64,000 bases of DNA. Source: Candidatus Cloacimonadales bacterium (GTDB lineage: Bacteria > Cloacimonadota > Cloacimonadia > Cloacimonadales > JAIOQZ01). The translations under genes were made by a program, and so were the position numbers. Positions 30,496 through 39,805 of the stretch are shown here, piece by piece. The notes beneath the pieces are model-generated. The model had not been told where the DNA came from and made no database searches. It saw only the letters and a list, made by a program, of their open reading frames with translations. The stretch is from positions 576,001-640,000 of the forward strand of contig CAXXTU010000002.1 in assembly GCA_963662655.2 (NCBI GenBank), given 5' to 3'. The first letter of the stretch is position 1, and each line of letters begins with the position of its first letter.

Positions 30496-30584
30496 TATGT
30501 CCATTTGCGCTATCTCACTTTGTGTAAGCTGAAAATACCTGCTCATATAATTTCATTGCATGAAATTACAACGCTCACGTCATT

Positions 30585-30877
30585 GTTTTCGCAATGCGAA
30601 AGCCGGAGAGATATAAGGAAAATGATTATCCACTTTCGCCTTTCGCTGTGCGAAAGGCTTACGTTCGAAGATTTCGTTTTTGCTTCGCAAAAGCCAGAGA
30701 GAATTAAGGAAAATGATTATCCACTTTCGCATTTCGCTGTGCGAAAGGCTTACGTTCGAAGATTTCGTTTTTGCTTCGCAAAAGCCAGAGAGAATTAAGG
30801 AAAATGATTATCCACTTTCGCATTTCGCTGCGCGAAAGGCTTACGTTCGAAGTTTTCGTTTTTGCTTCGCAAAAGCC
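30585..30877. repeat. 91-bp tandem repeat array (about 3.2 units) with two hairpins per unit
   Basis: AAGGAAAATGATTATCCACTTTCGC recurs at 30615, 30706 and 30797; hairpins TTTCGC-TGT-GCGAAA and TTTTGC-TTC-GCAAAA. Confidence 0.95.
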
Positions 30878-30884
30878 GAAAATA

Positions 30885-33860
30885 TCATTTAAGAAGCAGC
30901 ATCTTCCGTGTGCCGATAGCCTTACCGTTTGCCTTGAGCCGATAAAAGTAGATGCCTGTGGCAACCTGTTTGCGATTCTGGTTGGTTCCATCCCACACGA
31001 CCTGATGGCGTCCTGCGGTGAAATGCTCGTCAACAACGGTTCTCACGAGCTGTCCACGGATATTGTAGACATCCAGTTCAATTTCCGCCGATTGCTTCAG
31101 GCTGAAATCGATTTTGGTCACCGGATTGAAGGGATTGGGGTAATTGCCATGAAGCTTTGCAAAGACCGGAGCGGAAGTGGCTGCACCTCCCGAATGGGGA
31201 TTCTCGTCGTATGTCAGCTCCTCGTAGGCGATGTTCAGCATTCCAACCTGCTCCGTCGTGCGGATTTCGATGAAGTAGTAATCGTTCGGCGTGGGGATGT
31301 CGATCATCCCATCGATGTCCTGCCAGTCGTTCCACTCGATCAGGCTGACATCGTCAAACCAGTTGTGGCCCGTTGGGGAGTCGTTGAACTCGCTATACAC
31401 ATGCACGTCGAAGAAAGTAGCGCCTTCCGGCGGATCGATTTCGGACCAGTAGTAGTTCCAGTCGCTGGTTCCGCTGATGTAGTCGCCAAGAGCTTGTTCG
31501 CTGAGGACATAGTTTTGCGTGCGGGAATTGTAACAACGAACTTTAAGCGTCGCTTCCACCGCGTTTTCCGTCTTGATCCAACCGTTGATGGTGTACGTCA
31601 ATGTGTCGGAGGTGCAGGGGATGCGGTTCTCAAGGTTGACGGTAACGCCGTCGTTTCCGCTCCAATCCTGCTGGCGGAGTGATCGTTCTCCACGGTAGAA
31701 CACATCGTTGTCGTATGCCTCGTAACTGCTGTTCAGGTTCCAGAGCGAGCACCCCTCGTCTTCCATGTTTCCCCACCAGAGCCTTTCGCGACCAACGCGG
31801 AACTGGCAGCCGGTGACGATGTCCGATATCTGTATTGACGAGATATTGCCGCTGCGAGTGAGTCTGACGGGTCCTGAAGTGTAATACTCATCGCTTTCCA
31901 CCATCTCGAGTGTTTCGGAATAGAGCTCCGTCTCCGCAGTGTACTGCGATGTGTCCATGATCACATGGGCGATGACGTTTTCACGGTCGATGTCCAGCCA
32001 TGTATCGAGTTCCCATGATTTCTGGGCGAGGTAGTCGAGGATATGAAGTCCCATTTCGCCTTCTGCCCGTTGAGGGATGTAGTCGTCGATAAAGACAGGC
32101 GTGATGCTGAAGTTCTTGTAACCGTCCTCGTCGACTTCCGCGTTGAGCACCATGGAGGGCATCGTTTCGGGGTAGTCGAGTTCGAAAATGAAGTTACCCA
32201 GCGAATGGGCGATGAGAGTACCGTTGTAGACCTCCAGACCTTGAATGATGTGCGGGTGGTGGATAATGACCAGATCGGCTCCGCTATCTACTGCGAAGTG
32301 GCGCAGCTCGCGATCCCACATTTGCGGGACGTCGTAAAGCGGGGAGTAGTCTTCGTCCCCGTTGTAGTCGATGTCTGGCTGTTCGGGGATATCATAGTTG
32401 TCGCCCGGTTCCGTGGAGTATTCGCTTCCGGCATGCAGAAGCAGGGTGACCAGATCTGCGGTTCCTTCGACCGATGCGATCTGTTGCATGATGTTGTAGG
32501 GGGTGAGGTAGGCGAAGCCAGCTTTATTCGCCCCGGCGTTGAGATACGGCTGGAAGTTGTTGTACTGACCGGTACGATCGCTGGACATCAGGAACGCCAT
32601 GTTAATGCCTGAGATATTTGCGTAAACGGGTAGATTGGCTTCGTATTCATCGAGCCCCGCACCTGAAAATTTGATGTTTTGTTCAACAAGCATCTCACGG
32701 GTCTCGATCAGCCCTTCTTCCATGTAATCGAGGATGTGGTTGTTTGCCAGGGAGACGATATCGATCCCGCCGAAAGATAGTCCTTCGACGTTGTTTGGGT
32801 TACCCTTGAAGCAGACTGTTTTCGTCGGATGTTGGTTGTAGGACGAAGTAAGCTGGCACTCGAGATTGGCAACGGTCAGGTCGGCCGCATCTCCGAGGAT
32901 CGGCAGTGTAGGCTCGTAAAGGGATGCAACTCCCTGGGTGGGAATAATCCCGCCAGGAGCATCGTAGCGACGGGCCATCATGATGTCGCCAACGAAGTTA
33001 ACGGTAACGGGCAACGTCGATTCGCCTTCGTCCATCCATATCGTGCAGGTTGCATCGCCCCACGTGCCTGTGTCGTCGCATACCTGAAGCAGTATCGTGT
33101 AGTCGTGGTCGTCCTGAACAAAATAGGTGTGTACGGGATTCTCTTCCTCGCTGACATCTCCATCGCCGAACGACCAGTAATACTGGAATTCGTCGCTATC
33201 GGGATCGTCGATTTCGCACGAGAACTGCACGGTCATGTCACGGGTCGACTGATCGTTAATCACGTAGGAGATGGATACCTCCGGTGCGACGGGCAGGTCC
33301 TCGGTGATGTTCACGATGTGATCGAAATAGGTTATACCATCCCATCCGCTATCGCTGTCGTTGATGTAGACGATGGACGTGATGGTGGGATAGTATTCGA
33401 ATCTCGCCATCCAATCATGCGCGACAGGCAGCATAATCTGGTTCCATTGATTCTCGCTGAAGGCCCCCTGGTAAACGGTGACCCATTCATCGATGTCGAG
33501 CATTTGCGATCCATCGAACGAATAGAAAAGCGTGTGGGCGCTGTCTTGCAGGGCGAATCCCTGGATTTCGCTGTCTTCATCGACATAAAAAGCAATCTGC
33601 CACATATCGCCCTCGCAGATTTCCAGCGAATCGATGGGTTGGACCTTCCATGTATTACCGTACAGGATGAGCGAGTAGTCTGAATCGTTAAAAGTGTTCA
33701 GGCTGTCGATTGCCCAGTCGTCCGGATCGGCGTCTTCATCCGGATATGAGAAGAGCTCGATATTGGGATTCTCGAAATCTTCTATGACGATTTCGCGATA
33801 GCTCGAAGCAAAGAGGCCCAGAGAGGCACAGAGAAATAAAAAGAGTATATTCAAGCGCAT
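30885..33860 (-). CDS. Secreted CapA/PgsA-family metallophosphoesterase with PKD domain and FlgD/T9SS-like CTD
   Basis: Start MRLNIL; PKD YYWSFGDG...NPVHTY; CapA motifs VGDIM, ANLE, LANNH..DY, HAG.EY, HHPHIIQ, SLGNFIF; CTD NYPNPFNP...MLLLK. Confidence 0.88.
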   Translation of the reverse strand: MRLNILFLFLCASLGLFASSYREIVIEDFENPNIELFSYPDEDADPDDWAIDSLNTFNDSDYSLILYGNTWKVQPIDSLEICEGDMWQIAFYVDEDSEIQGFALQDSAHTLFYSFDGSQMLDIDEWVTVYQGAFSENQWNQIMLPVAHDWMARFEYYPTITSIVYINDSDSGWDGITYFDHIVNITEDLPVAPEVSISYVINDQSTRDMTVQFSCEIDDPDSDEFQYYWSFGDGDVSEEENPVHTYFVQDDHDYTILLQVCDDTGTWGDATCTIWMDEGESTLPVTVNFVGDIMMARRYDAPGGIIPTQGVASLYEPTLPILGDAADLTVANLECQLTSSYNQHPTKTVCFKGNPNNVEGLSFGGIDIVSLANNHILDYMEEGLIETREMLVEQNIKFSGAGLDEYEANLPVYANISGINMAFLMSSDRTGQYNNFQPYLNAGANKAGFAYLTPYNIMQQIASVEGTADLVTLLLHAGSEYSTEPGDNYDIPEQPDIDYNGDEDYSPLYDVPQMWDRELRHFAVDSGADLVIIHHPHIIQGLEVYNGTLIAHSLGNFIFELDYPETMPSMVLNAEVDEDGYKNFSITPVFIDDYIPQRAEGEMGLHILDYLAQKSWELDTWLDIDRENVIAHVIMDTSQYTAETELYSETLEMVESDEYYTSGPVRLTRSGNISSIQISDIVTGCQFRVGRERLWWGNMEDEGCSLWNLNSSYEAYDNDVFYRGERSLRQQDWSGNDGVTVNLENRIPCTSDTLTYTINGWIKTENAVEATLKVRCYNSRTQNYVLSEQALGDYISGTSDWNYYWSEIDPPEGATFFDVHVYSEFNDSPTGHNWFDDVSLIEWNDWQDIDGMIDIPTPNDYYFIEIRTTEQVGMLNIAYEELTYDENPHSGGAATSAPVFAKLHGNYPNPFNPVTKIDFSLKQSAEIELDVYNIRGQLVRTVVDEHFTAGRHQVVWDGTNQNRKQVATGIYFYRLKANGKAIGTRKMLLLK

Positions 33861-34009
33861 AGAACATCCTTTGTTTTGGTTGTGGTGGAAATCCTCATCT
33901 ACAAATAAATCAAGAAACGTTCCAATATGCAAGCAAAATTATTACGTGGAAACTTCGAATCGTTGAATCAGCCCGGCAAGCTGGAGTTTTAATCCTTACG
34001 AAACCAAAC

Positions 34010-34136
34010 GGCGGGGCATCTTCGCCCGATCATGCCGCTCCAACGTGGATATAGCACACCATCGGAACAATCGAACGTAAAAAAATGGTGTGCAACACCA
34101 CGTCTGCGCGGCAGATCGAACGAATCTGCTCCCGCC
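34010..34136 (-). repeat. Dispersed rod-shaped palindromic element, copy B
   Basis: GGCGGG..CTTCGCCCGATC-12nt-CGTGGATATA-GCACACCAT..ATGGTGTGC-AACACCACG-11nt-GATCGAACGAA..CCCGCC. Confidence 0.85.
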
Positions 34137-34203
34137 TCGATGAACGTTTCAGGTAAACATTGACAGTAAAAAGTGATCAACGTTGTTTACATACGAGGTG
34201 AAA

Positions 34204-36177
34204 ATGAACATCGTATTATATATATCCCATCATGGTTTCGGGCATGCAACGCGGATGAACGCGCTTGCAGGGGAGCTGAAAAAATGCGGAATCTTCTGTC
34301 ACATCCGGTCCGGGAAACCGGAATTCCTTTTTCAAGCGCTCGACGACCAGTTTTACGAGTTAACGCCGGTTACAATCGATGATGGACTCAAGCATCGCAA
34401 CTGGTGGATGATCGATCTCGAAGCGACGCGCAAAGCGATTCAGGATCGTTACGGAGATTATCGCGAATTGGTGGAGGGGGAAGTGCGATTCATCCGCGAG
34501 AACGAGATCGAGATGGTCGTCGGAGACATTCCTCCGCTGGCTTTCGAGATCGCTTCGCAGGCGGATGTGTTTTCGATAGCGATATCCAACTTCGACTGGT
34601 ATTACAACTATCTGCCATTCTTCAAGGGGGATGCTGAGATCATGCCGATTCTGGAGAAGATATCGAGCATGTATCATAAAGTGGATTACGCGATCAAGCT
34701 GCCGTTTTCGGACGAGGATAGCATGGCGCAGTTCCCGGTGATGGATGAAGCCGGCTTGCTCACGCGCGAGATGCATCCCGATCGGGCGGCTTTTTGCGAG
34801 AAAAACGGAATCGATCCTGGGAGCCTTTTGATTAGGGTTTCCTTCGGCGGCGAGGGAGGCAATCCGATAGATATGGCAGTGCTTTCGGGCGTTGAGGGGA
34901 TTACAATTATCGCGAAGGGCTCGCCGGAGAACGATTACGGCTGTGTGCGGCATTTCAATACGCACGAGGCCTTCACCGATGCGATGAGCGCTTGCGATAT
35001 CTGCATAACGAAGCTCGGATACAGCACCCTCGCCGAGTTGACGCAACTGGGTAAATTTGTGATCTACACCTACACGAGCGTGCTGCCTGAGAATGTGGTT
35101 CTGGAGCGTGGGCTGGACGAATACTCCCGCAAGATGTACATCCCGCTGGACGAAATCGGGCACGCCGACTGGCAGGAGATTATTGAAGATATCCGAGGAC
35201 AGTTGGACAAGCCGTACAACGAGGAGAAGTACCGCAACAGGAATCGCGAAGTGGGGAAGATGTGCATTCGCAAACGATTCGAGAGCACCGAAGGAAAGGT
35301 CGCGATCATCGATGTGGGCACGAACAATATCCAGATGCTGTGGGCGATCCATTCTATGGACGGAATCAGGGTTGTGCATCGCGCCTCCCGGATTTCCGCG
35401 CTCGGTAAGGGCATGAAGGACGGAAGGTTGACCTCTGCCGGGATTCAACGCGCGAAGGATATCCTGGCGGATTACGCCGATTACGCGCAGGCTTTCTCCG
35501 ATCGCGTGATCATTACCGGCACGAGCTGCTCCCGCGAAGCGAGCAATATCGCCGAACTCTCCGACTGGATTCGCGAGAAGTACGGAATCGAGTATCGCAT
35601 CCTTTCCGAGGAAGAGGAAGCGCTTAACACTGCCGAAGTCATGCGCGAGGATTTCCCGGAATACGAGCGGATCGTTTCGTTCGATATCGGCGGAGGGAGT
35701 ACGGAGTTCAACTTGCTGGTCGACGGTGAATTACAGAGATCGATAAGCCTGCCTGTCGGCATTCGGCGTCTGGAGACGCTCTTTGGGAACGATTACGGCA
35801 GACAACGCGAGTATATCCTGCATCAACTCGAACGAATCAGGGGCTGGAAAGCTCAGGACGTACATCTGACGGGCATCGGCGGCAGCATCGCAAACCTTGC
35901 GGCGATCAAGGCTGGATTGAAACGATATCGCCCGGAAATTGTACACAAGATGACACTCGAATCGGCGGACTTGAAGAATTTCATTGACATTTTCGGAAAT
36001 TTAACCTACAAAGAAATCCAGACGCTAATGCCATTCGAACCGGCACGAGCCGATCTGATCCGTTCCGGTTCCGTTTTCATCAAAATGGTGATGGATTTTT
36101 TCGAGCAGGATACCGCTGTCGTAAGCGACCGCGGCTTGATGTTTGGCGTTCTGTATCGGTTGATCAAAGAGAGTTGA
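34204..36177 (+). CDS. Fusion of a GT-B glycosyltransferase-like domain and a Ppx/GppA phosphatase
   Basis: GAGGTG RBS with ATG at 34204. N-terminal YISHHGFGHATR, GDIPP, SNFDW, SFGG, TKLGYSTLAE; C-terminal IDVGTN, GTSCSREASN, EEEA, DIGGGSTE, GIGGS, RADLI, SDRGL..G. Confidence 0.85.
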   Translation: MNIVLYISHHGFGHATRMNALAGELKKCGIFCHIRSGKPEFLFQALDDQFYELTPVTIDDGLKHRNWWMIDLEATRKAIQDRYGDYRELVEGEVRFIRENEIEMVVGDIPPLAFEIASQADVFSIAISNFDWYYNYLPFFKGDAEIMPILEKISSMYHKVDYAIKLPFSDEDSMAQFPVMDEAGLLTREMHPDRAAFCEKNGIDPGSLLIRVSFGGEGGNPIDMAVLSGVEGITIIAKGSPENDYGCVRHFNTHEAFTDAMSACDICITKLGYSTLAELTQLGKFVIYTYTSVLPENVVLERGLDEYSRKMYIPLDEIGHADWQEIIEDIRGQLDKPYNEEKYRNRNREVGKMCIRKRFESTEGKVAIIDVGTNNIQMLWAIHSMDGIRVVHRASRISALGKGMKDGRLTSAGIQRAKDILADYADYAQAFSDRVIITGTSCSREASNIAELSDWIREKYGIEYRILSEEEEALNTAEVMREDFPEYERIVSFDIGGGSTEFNLLVDGELQRSISLPVGIRRLETLFGNDYGRQREYILHQLERIRGWKAQDVHLTGIGGSIANLAAIKAGLKRYRPEIVHKMTLESADLKNFIDIFGNLTYKEIQTLMPFEPARADLIRSGSVFIKMVMDFFEQDTAVVSDRGLMFGVLYRLIKES

Positions 36178-36239
36178 GAAAGGAATTGATCGAAAACCTC
36201 CATCTGATGCCCTGAATAGATTCAAAACAGAGGTTTGAT

Positions 36240-38432
36240 ATGTCGCCTGGAATACATTTGGAATATCTACCCCGAGGCGGTGTTGTTTTCGGCACCGGTG
36301 CAGACCGCATTCAGTTCGCCGCTCCGCCCGAGACGATCAAGGATACCATGAAGCTCGCAGATGGCGTACCAAGCCACTTCATGATTCCTCCGCACATGTT
36401 CGACATTCAGCGTGGTATCTCGCTGGCGGATATGGAATTCCCCGTGTATTACAACTTCTTCCAGGGTGGGAACAAAACGGCGGTGATCTGCACCGTCGAG
36501 CAGAAGAAACGCTTGCAAAATATCCTCAAAGAAGCTCTGTTCGGCCCAGAATCCCTCGATGTGATCAGGGATTATTCCTCCCAGTTCGCGCCAGAGATGA
36601 TTCCCGATCTGACAAACGAAATCAAGTATTTCCGCAAGCATCCGTTTATCGAGAACCACCAGATGACCCTCTCCGATCTCGTTCAGTTCAAGGTTTTCAA
36701 GGATAATCAGATCGAGATCGGATCATTCAAGATTAGAAGACAATCTGATGGGTGTTATTCCGTTGTGGATTGTGACGGAAATCATCTTACGCTCGACCAG
36801 ACATCGATCTTCGCAGGTGAGAGGAAAGAGCCGGAGGTCAACTACTACGCGTTCCGGCAACCCGTTTACGGCGTAACGATTCTCGGAGCCGGAGACGGCT
36901 TCAATCCGGATTCGACCACATCGGGCATGATCGTGTGGGTCAACCGCAGGGGAATCATCGTCGATCCCCCCGTGAACACGACGGAGGAGCTGGCAAAATT
37001 GGGTGTCAGCCCCAAGCTGATCGATGGCGTGATCCTTACGCATTGCCACTCGGATCACGACGCCGGCACGATTCAGCTTCTCATGCAGGAAGGACGCCTG
37101 AATCTGTACACCACGCAGACGATTTTCAAAGGATTTTTGCGCAAGATATCGTCCCTGACCTGCATCGAGAAGGAGCACCTTCGTAAAATGGTCGTCTTCC
37201 ATCCGGTGAAGGTCGGCAACCCGGAGAGGATCGGGGGCGCGGTATTCCACTTTCAGTACAACCTTCATTCGATTCCAACGATATCCTTGCGGGTGTCGCT
37301 GCAGGATGTGCGGATGGTTTACAGCTCCGATTCGCAGAACGATCCCGATTTCATCTTGAAGATGTACCGCGACGGAGTCATCGGGGAAGCGCGAAAAGAT
37401 CAATTGTTGCAGTTCCCCTGGGACAGCGATATCGTGTTCCACGAAGCCGGCGCAAAGCCTCTTCACACGCCCATAGAATTTCTGTGCAATCTCCCCGAAT
37501 CGGTTCGGAAGAGGATGTACCTGCTGCATACTGACCTTTCCAAGATTCCGCCCGATTCAGGTTTGAAGATCGCGCCGACCGGCCTGGCAAACACCATTGT
37601 GATCGATGTCGGCAAGCCGTTGTTCGATAGCTCAATCGAGGTCCTCGATGTGCTGGCGCACGTTGACCTCTTTCATGAACTGCCGATCGAGAAGGCGCGA
37701 GAGATACTCCTGTACATCCGGCGTTACCTCTTCAAGAAAGGCGAGTATATCTATCACCAGGGCGATGAGATTCACTTCTTCAACATCATCCTGCATGGAG
37801 CCGTGGAAATCGTTGAGGACCAGCGAGCCATCACAACCCTCAGCAAAGGGGATTTCTTCGGTGTGAGCGCTCTGCTCGAGGGGCATCCCCACACAGCTGA
37901 CGCGAAGGCGTTGACGGATGTGGAGATTCTTGCCTTCAAGAAGGACGATTTCCTGGCTTTGATCCAGGGAACCGGCATCGCGGAAGTTCTGGCGCACCTT
38001 GCCCGTATCCAGAATCGCGAGCTCTGGGACCTCGTCTGGCAGAACCCGGTGTTCTCCAATCTCACGCCCACGCAGATCATCCATTTGCACAGATCGTTCA
38101 AATCCGAGCTTGTTATCGTCCCGCCCGAGCGTTACTTTATCAAGGAAGGACAGAAACTTGATTCCTGTTATGTGATACGCAAGGGTAAAGTGCGCGTCTT
38201 GAAGAACGAAGAGGAGATCGACCTGATACAGGCGGGGGAAATCTTCGGCGTTACAGCGGTTTTCGAACCCAACAGCAAGGTCATGCACGGCTTTAAAAGC
38301 GTTGGAGAAGTTGAATTGTACCAGATCAGCAGAGATGTGATGATACAGTACATGGAGAAGTACCCGGGAGTATACGTTCGCCTTTACTACGCCAATTACA
38401 TTCAGGATATCGCGGAGGCATCATGCTTGTAA
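36240..38432 (+). CDS. Metallo-beta-lactamase-fold hydrolase with two cNMP-binding domains (putative cAMP/cGMP phosphodiesterase)
   Basis: LPRGG...PPETIKD, VDPP, THCHSDHDAG, HSIPT, YSSD, HEAG...LHTP; two CAP-like domains (GDFFG, GEIFG). Confidence 0.85.
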   Translation: MSPGIHLEYLPRGGVVFGTGADRIQFAAPPETIKDTMKLADGVPSHFMIPPHMFDIQRGISLADMEFPVYYNFFQGGNKTAVICTVEQKKRLQNILKEALFGPESLDVIRDYSSQFAPEMIPDLTNEIKYFRKHPFIENHQMTLSDLVQFKVFKDNQIEIGSFKIRRQSDGCYSVVDCDGNHLTLDQTSIFAGERKEPEVNYYAFRQPVYGVTILGAGDGFNPDSTTSGMIVWVNRRGIIVDPPVNTTEELAKLGVSPKLIDGVILTHCHSDHDAGTIQLLMQEGRLNLYTTQTIFKGFLRKISSLTCIEKEHLRKMVVFHPVKVGNPERIGGAVFHFQYNLHSIPTISLRVSLQDVRMVYSSDSQNDPDFILKMYRDGVIGEARKDQLLQFPWDSDIVFHEAGAKPLHTPIEFLCNLPESVRKRMYLLHTDLSKIPPDSGLKIAPTGLANTIVIDVGKPLFDSSIEVLDVLAHVDLFHELPIEKAREILLYIRRYLFKKGEYIYHQGDEIHFFNIILHGAVEIVEDQRAITTLSKGDFFGVSALLEGHPHTADAKALTDVEILAFKKDDFLALIQGTGIAEVLAHLARIQNRELWDLVWQNPVFSNLTPTQIIHLHRSFKSELVIVPPERYFIKEGQKLDSCYVIRKGKVRVLKNEEEIDLIQAGEIFGVTAVFEPNSKVMHGFKSVGEVELYQISRDVMIQYMEKYPGVYVRLYYANYIQDIAEASCL

Positions 38433-39418
38433 TCCTCAAGCCGAACATGGATCCGGGGATCGAAAAGAGTTTCATCAAGAGCATCGAGACGATGGGGCTC
38501 GATTACTATCAATATGAATTGCCCGATCGTAAGGCGATCTATGTTCGCCATGATTTACCGCAGATCGATCTGAATTTACTCACGCACCACGAGGCCGTGC
38601 AGAACGTCGTCCGCCTGAGTGGTCAATATAAAAAAGTCTCCAGCGTCAATCCTCCGGTTCGTGTCGATTTCGGGCAGGATTCGATCTCGCGCGAAGATTT
38701 CACAATTATAGCGGGCCCATGTACGTTCGTGGACGAGAAAGAACTCCACGGGATCGCGCAACGCCTGAAGGAAACGGGCGTGAACTTCTTACGGGCAGGT
38801 GTCTTCAAGCTCAGGACATCTCCGTATTCATATCCAGGTCCGGGCGAGAAGGGTCTGGAGATTCTCCGTAAAGTAGCGGAGGAACTCGGTATGCACTCCA
38901 TCACCGAGGTCACTTCGATCGAGGATGCGAAGCTTTCATCCCAGTTTGTGGATATACTCCAGGTTGGAACGCGAAACATGTACAACGTGCCGATGCTGAA
39001 GGTATTGGGCGAGATCGGCAAGCCGGTTTTGTTAAAGCGTGGACTTTCCAGCACGTACGAGGAATGGCTTTACGCCGCGGAGCATATCGCGGTTCAAGGA
39101 AGAAGCGACATCATCCTCTGCGAGAGAGGCATCCGAACGTTCGACTCATACCTGAGAAACACGCCCGATATCGCAGCGATCCCGGTGATGAAATCGATGA
39201 GCTGCCTTCCGGTGATTTTCGACCCCTCCCATGCTACGGGCAAGCGGGAGATGGTTAAACCGCTTTCACTGGCTGCATGCGCAGCAGGTGCCGATGGATT
39301 GCTTGTCGAAGTACACAGCGAGCCGGATCAGTCCTCGATCGACGCGCATCAAACCATAAGCATTGAAGACCTGATCGATATCCAGAAGGCAATCAAGACC
39401 ATCCGGAGTATCTTTTAA
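38423..39418 (+). CDS. aroF: DAHP synthase, type I-beta, with N-terminal regulatory domain
   Basis: IIAGPC, FKLRTSPYS, QVGTRNMYN, PVLLKRG, LCERGIRTF, DPSHATG, GADGLLVEVH. Confidence 0.9.
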   Translation: MLVILKPNMDPGIEKSFIKSIETMGLDYYQYELPDRKAIYVRHDLPQIDLNLLTHHEAVQNVVRLSGQYKKVSSVNPPVRVDFGQDSISREDFTIIAGPCTFVDEKELHGIAQRLKETGVNFLRAGVFKLRTSPYSYPGPGEKGLEILRKVAEELGMHSITEVTSIEDAKLSSQFVDILQVGTRNMYNVPMLKVLGEIGKPVLLKRGLSSTYEEWLYAAEHIAVQGRSDIILCERGIRTFDSYLRNTPDIAAIPVMKSMSCLPVIFDPSHATGKREMVKPLSLAACAAGADGLLVEVHSEPDQSSIDAHQTISIEDLIDIQKAIKTIRSIF

Positions 39419-39421
39419 CCA

Positions 39422-39667
39422 TTAGCTTACGCCAGTCTCCCGGCTATTTCTCATATCCTTTACTTCTCGTAGTATTTTCTGGCCGGTCCTGGTTTTTCTC
39501 CAGCTCTGGTAGACAGGATTCAGGATTGCCTGAATGTCTTCGGCAGCCTGCGAAGCTTCCTCTCCCTGAGGCCCATTTTCCTTCGCCTCAAGGCCCTTTA
39601 TCATTTGCGAAAGCAAGTTGATGAGGCGCATGGATTGCTTTACGCCAACATGGAGCGTGATTTTCAT
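39422..39667 (-). CDS. Hypothetical protein
   Basis: 81-aa ORF with GAGGG RBS, filling the gap between genes. Confidence 0.55.
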   Translation of the reverse strand: MKITLHVGVKQSMRLINLLSQMIKGLEAKENGPQGEEASQAAEDIQAILNPVYQSWRKTRTGQKILREVKDMRNSRETGVS

Positions 39668-39805
39668 AGTACCCTCGGCTGAATATCGTCTTGCGACTTC
39701 GATTTGATAAAGACAGGTCGAGACGACAGGAATACCCTAACTGACAGTCTCGACCATGCGATGAAAATTTCTTCTGCCGACAAATCTGTTGTCGTTTCTG
39801 AATGG

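Noticed and set aside
30585..30877. CRISPR array
   Set aside because: Units are nearly identical along their whole length, with no unique spacers and no cas genes in the window.
30505..31682. Plus-strand ORFs 30505..30798, 30680..30892 and 30771..31682
   Set aside because: They are translations of the 91-bp repeat in shifting frames, or antisense to the CapA-family gene.
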